Assembly (NCBI GenBank): GCA_048937405.1
Contig: JBHLNF010000001.1
Location: forward strand, 656,785 to 720,784
From: Promethearchaeota archaeon
GTDB lineage: Archaea > Asgardarchaeota > Lokiarchaeia > Sigyniarchaeales > SOKP01
Length of the DNA: 64,000 nucleotides
Reading direction: 5' to 3'
The position numbers were made by a program, and so were the translations under genes. A model generated the notes under the pieces. That model ran no database searches and was not told the DNA's origin. It saw only the letters and a list, made by a program, of their open reading frames with translations. Below, one piece after another: positions 59,947 through 64,000 of the stretch (the first letter of the stretch is position 1; each line of letters begins with the position of its first letter).

Positions 59947-61710
59947 TTAATTATACTTTCTCTTCATTTGAGGATATGCATAATAAATTGAAATAATACC
60001 AATCAAGGATAGTATAATAAATGAAATTATAATGGCATTAAATCCTGGTATTGCACTTGAATCTGTAATTTGTGAAATATTATCTTGAAATGGGAGATAA
60101 CCATTATTACTTGCTGTAAAAACATAATTATTCACTTTTATTTGAGAGAAAGGTATTTCGATCGTTCCATTTTCATTAGTTTTGCCTTTCCAAATGAGAA
60201 TGTTATTCTCAGTATAGGTAATAGTAACATTTTGAACTGGAACATCATCAGCGGTCACCTTAAGGATCATAGTATTTCTAATATCATCAAATGGCTGGTC
60301 AATAGTTACATTAAGTTGTTTAGGAATTGAAAACCAAATCGGGCATTCAGGATCACCCAATAAATTATACTGTTTGAGTGTTTTATTTCCCCATTCAGTA
60401 TATTCATTCTTTTCAGGAGAGACAATTCTATCTGCAATATAATCTGCTTTAGCTAATGCTAAAGCTTTTCCAGGTTGATTATATTTAAATAATTGTTCCA
60501 AAAAGCGAAATCCCAATCCTTCAATAAACCAACCACCCTCTTCACGTTCATACCATTGATCTTCCCCCCAGACTACATAACTTCCGGCAACACAACCAAT
60601 TGCTAAATTTTTTAGAAAATATTCCGCAATACAATCGGAATCATCATCAAAAGTTCCTACAGAGCAACTACCTAAAAAATATAAACCTAATTTATCTTCT
60701 TGCTGCAGATCTGTAAAACTTGTATTGAGAAGGATTTCCCATGATATGTTATCAATTGCTCTGCCACCTAAATAAGGATCTTCAGTATAATCAAGTAGCA
60801 TATCTCCATCTAAGTCTTCAATCCATTTACCAATACTCATACTTTGAGGTCTACCATGAACATAAATAGTACCAATACTACAACCTTGATTAATAGCATC
60901 TTTAAGATGAATATAATCTAAATCAAAATCAGTATAATAATCAGACCCTTTAATACCTTGATTTTGAGCCAGAAAGACACTAGACCAATCATTAGGTAAC
61001 AAAGTATCATTTATATAATTATTAAATCGATTAGCATCACATTCTGCATAATCTAAAAGATTATCATCATTCCAATCTTGATCAAATTGAAGAATAGCAC
61101 CAGCAAATAAAGCATGAGACATCCATGCTCCGATAGGTGGATTTTTCTCATAATTTAATATCCGTTGAACCAAAGATTGCATTTCATTTTTATTATTAGC
61201 TGTTAAGCGTCCTACATAAAGCTCCATTTTATAATCGAAATTAGTTTGAGTCCAATCATTATTTATATCTCCATAATATGAATCACAACATACAACATCC
61301 CCATCATAAGAATATCCGTCATAGCAAGTTATGTATTTAGTTGGAATGTGATTATGATCACCTGCTAAAAGAACCCATTGCGTACAGTTATTACTGTAAT
61401 AGTCTAAAATACAGTTTTTTATTTTATCAGGAAGGTTCGTCCCTTCGTATGTTTGGTCAATATCGCTGACAAGTTCAATTTTAGAAATTATACCTTTCTG
61501 TGTTTTCCAAATCGCCAAAGGCTCAAGGATAGATTCAAAAATCTCGGTAGTAATGATTAAATAATCTACCTCTCCATTTGTGTTAACACTTCCTAACTTA
61601 AAATCTTTTGAAGAGGTATAATTGTAGGTAGTATCATTTAATTCAAAATTGGTAATGCAACTTACTAAAAATAAGGTCGAAATTAATAATATTGGATTTT
61701 TAAATCTCAT
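59947..61710 (-). CDS. Peptidase C25 (gingipain) family, surface-anchored
   Basis: YLIIT, WKTQKG, VLLAGD, DSYY, VGRL, HG and SC catalytic dyad, YNLLGDP; C-terminal IPGF-TM. Confidence 0.88.
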   Translation of the reverse strand: MRFKNPILLISTLFLVSCITNFELNDTTYNYTSSKDFKLGSVNTNGEVDYLIITTEIFESILEPLAIWKTQKGIISKIELVSDIDQTYEGTNLPDKIKNCILDYYSNNCTQWVLLAGDHNHIPTKYITCYDGYSYDGDVVCCDSYYGDINNDWTQTNFDYKMELYVGRLTANNKNEMQSLVQRILNYEKNPPIGAWMSHALFAGAILQFDQDWNDDNLLDYAECDANRFNNYINDTLLPNDWSSVFLAQNQGIKGSDYYTDFDLDYIHLKDAINQGCSIGTIYVHGRPQSMSIGKWIEDLDGDMLLDYTEDPYLGGRAIDNISWEILLNTSFTDLQQEDKLGLYFLGSCSVGTFDDDSDCIAEYFLKNLAIGCVAGSYVVWGEDQWYEREEGGWFIEGLGFRFLEQLFKYNQPGKALALAKADYIADRIVSPEKNEYTEWGNKTLKQYNLLGDPECPIWFSIPKQLNVTIDQPFDDIRNTMILKVTADDVPVQNVTITYTENNILIWKGKTNENGTIEIPFSQIKVNNYVFTASNNGYLPFQDNISQITDSSAIPGFNAIIISFIILSLIGIISIYYAYPQMKRKYN

Positions 61711-61805
61711 TAAAGTAAAGAGTTCAGTTAACTATTTATATTTTTTACTATGCTTTTAATAAGATTTAATTAGTTAAGATATTATCATACTTCCTATGAA
61801 AAAAT

Positions 61806-62663
61806 ATGAAAGTACAATTTTATGAAGATATTGAAAAATATAATGAAGTTGTTGTTCCATTTCTGATTAAAAAAGAGGCTGAAAATAATCTAATTTTTTC
61901 AGTTCTAAATGCAATTAGAAATAATCCGACTAGATATGGAGATGAGAAACCTTTTCTACTAACAGTAAAACATAATGACGAAATAAAACTTGTATCCTTA
62001 AGAACTCCACCATATAATCAACTTATTTCCTATACAGAAAATTTGAAGTCTATTGATACATTAATCGATATTATGCTTAGAAAAAATATGCAATTACCTG
62101 GTATTACTGGATTCAAAGATGGTGTAAAAAGATTTATTCAATTATGGTGTGAAGATAAAAATTTAAAACCTCAATTAATAAGAAATGAAAGAGTTTATAA
62201 ATTAGAAAAAGTTTCAAAAGGATTTTTAGGAAATAGGGAGTTTTTTGTAGGTACTGAAGGGAATCAATCATTAATATTGAGTTGGGCGAGAGAATTTATT
62301 CTGGAGGCTTTAAATGAGACCGAAGAATCATTTATAACACGATCTCTAGAGGGTGTAAAAAATGATATCAAGGCGAAAAAAATCTTTTTATTGAAAGATG
62401 GACAAGAAATAGTTTCGATGGCAAGAAAAGCGGGAAAAACACCTAATGGCAATTTAGTAAATCTTGTATATACACCACCAAATCTAAGAAGAAAAGGATA
62501 TGCCACTGAGAGTGTGGCAAAGCTTAGTAAACTTATTTTAGAAGAAGGAAATCTGTTCTGTTTCTTATTTACTGATTTGATGAATCCAGTTTCTAATACT
62601 ATTTATCAAAAAATTGGTTACAATCCGGTAATTGATGTTGATGAATTTAAATTTATAACTTAA
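61806..62663 (+). CDS. GNAT family acetyltransferase
   Basis: VYTPPNLRRKGYA, LFTD..NPVSNTIYQKIGY. Confidence 0.88.
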   Translation: MKVQFYEDIEKYNEVVVPFLIKKEAENNLIFSVLNAIRNNPTRYGDEKPFLLTVKHNDEIKLVSLRTPPYNQLISYTENLKSIDTLIDIMLRKNMQLPGITGFKDGVKRFIQLWCEDKNLKPQLIRNERVYKLEKVSKGFLGNREFFVGTEGNQSLILSWAREFILEALNETEESFITRSLEGVKNDIKAKKIFLLKDGQEIVSMARKAGKTPNGNLVNLVYTPPNLRRKGYATESVAKLSKLILEEGNLFCFLFTDLMNPVSNTIYQKIGYNPVIDVDEFKFIT

Positions 62664-62746
62664 GAATTACTTTTTCAAAAAAATAAAAAAAAAGATGCGA
62701 GAAAGTCTCCTGATTTTCTCCTGTTAAATTTTATTGTTTTCTTACT

Positions 62747-63028
62747 TTATTTCTTTGGTGGAAGAATTTCAATCTCTATTGAAGAGACATTGCTACTTGT
62801 GCCATCGGTATTTGTAATTGTCTCTGTATCAATTTTTATATCGCCATAACTTGACCCAGAAACAAACTTGTTGATTAAAATTTCAGCTACATCCACAGCT
62901 CGAGAAATAGAACGCCCTCGTGCTAATAAAGTAACTGGTTTATCATTCAATACCACCATAGCTGCCATAACATAGCTCATTGATTTCTTTCTACCGATAA
63001 AAACTTTTGAATCATCTCCTTTAGGCAA
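62747..63028 (-). CDS. albA: DNA/RNA-binding protein Alba
   Basis: VFIGRK..MSYV, ARGRSISRAVDVAE, VSSIEI; GGTGA SD before the TTG start. Confidence 0.95.
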   Translation of the reverse strand: MPKGDDSKVFIGRKKSMSYVMAAMVVLNDKPVTLLARGRSISRAVDVAEILINKFVSGSSYGDIKIDTETITNTDGTSSNVSSIEIEILPPKK

Positions 63029-63358
63029 AAATGATCACCCATTTTTCAGCTTTTTTCACTGTATAGCTTTTTTCTTTTTATAGTTAAATTCTTTTGTGTT
63101 CCTTAATTGCAATTTATCTATGTAAAGTTATCTATAGATAACTATGTGTTATAAACGAAGTTTAGTTTTTAATATTGTGCAATTTTATTTTTCTTTACAG
63201 ATAAAGAATCAATAAACACTTCTAATTATAGATTATTCAAAGATAAAGAAAGCTTTAATTTACAATTAATAAAAAATAATAATAATTTGATTAATCATAG
63301 ATGAATTATGGAGTAGTCTTACTTAATAGAAAGCAAATAAGTATTTGGAAAATAATAA

Positions 63359-64000
63359 ATGCCTATTAAAATCACTGAATTTTTAGAGGAAAAATCCAAT
63401 ATAATAAGAAAAAAGGATTTAAAGAAGACAACCAATTTAAAACAGGTTTTTACGTCAATTAATCAGCATCTCTATGGAAAATTAAAGCATACTGATACTG
63501 ATACTAGAGCTCGTTCTAAACAGATAGTGAATCTCTTACTTTGTAAATTAGTTGATGAAATGTCTAAGAAAGCTGAAGAAGAAGTAGAATTTTGCATAAG
63601 ACTTGGAGAATCTGATCAAGACTTACTCAAAAGAATTGAAATTTTTTTCAATGAGAATGTAAGAGAGAAATTTAACGAGGTTATGAATGAAAACGAGCAA
63701 ATAATGTTGACAAAGGAACTTGTTTATATGGTTGTTCAAGAATTACAAGAGATTTCACTTCTTAATTCATCTAAAGACATTTTGAGTGATGCTTTCGAAA
63801 TTTTTGTTAGTAAAATCTTAAAAGATGAGGGAGGACAGTTTTTTACACCTCCCAATGTCGTGAATTTCATGGTTAATTATTTGAATCCTCAAAATGATTC
63901 AAAAATTTTAGATCCTGCCTGTGGCCACGGTGGTTTTCTTCTTGAAATAAAAGATCTTATATGGTCAAAAATAAAATTGAAGGAAAAAAGAATTAAATCT
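63359..64000 (+). CDS. Partial N6-adenine DNA methyltransferase (HsdM / type IIG-like), truncated by the window edge
   Basis: Hand translation MPIKITEFLEEK...LLLCKLVDE...GQFFTPPNVV...ILDPACGHGGFL. Confidence 0.88.
   Translation, partial: MPIKITEFLEEKSNIIRKKDLKKTTNLKQVFTSINQHLYGKLKHTDTDTRARSKQIVNLLLCKLVDEMSKKAEEEVEFCIRLGESDQDLLKRIEIFFNENVREKFNEVMNENEQIMLTKELVYMVVQELQEISLLNSSKDILSDAFEIFVSKILKDEGGQFFTPPNVVNFMVNYLNPQNDSKILDPACGHGGFLLEIKDLIWSKIKLKEKRIKS

Noticed and set aside
1932-62506. Short overlapping or antisense ORFs (e.g. 1932, 3438, 5982, 17250, 19510, 19816, 23677, 25318, 26010, 27028, 27713, 27771, 28177, 28291, 29149, 31996, 33574, 35196, 40281, 56899, 57905, 58811, 60085, 62264)
   Set aside because: Shadows of well-supported genes, with no motifs or independent translation signals.
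1-64000. CRISPR arrays, IS elements, rRNA
   Set aside because: No regularly spaced repeats, transposase motifs or long GC-rich RNA genes were seen.

Overview
Very AT-rich archaeal DNA. Gene content points to an Asgard archaeon, most likely Lokiarchaeia/Promethearchaeota: longin-domain proteins, a Rab-like GTPase, IPG-TM C-terminal sorting signals, CdhB/CdhC, Alba, a PolB1-type polymerase, a BHB-intron tRNA and GGTGA Shine-Dalgarno motifs. From left to right the window holds a 2991-aa polytopic membrane protein with 4-TM repeats, a GH4 glycosidase, an unannotated structured RNA leader with a 59-aa ORF, and a ~17 kb phosphate cluster. That cluster contains an AbrB-PhoU regulator, pstSCAB-phoU, PiT, three DUF47 genes, an unusual oxyanion-type ABC system and an NPP-family enzyme, with a recurring CTATATAG palindrome in its promoters. 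Next come tRNA-Thr(UGU) with a 32/33 intron, PolB, a tetraether synthase cluster, NAD salvage genes, a block of 7TM / 7TM-longin / longin / Rab-like GTPase genes, cdhBC-cooT, a C25 peptidase, alba and a partial N6-adenine methyltransferase. The best candidate for a new system is the 7TM-longin + Rab-like GTPase module, a possible receptor-coupled GEF. Also notable are the putative Pho regulon with its ABC importer, the structured leader RNA and the giant membrane protein. All calls come from motif recognition by eye; no searches were run.
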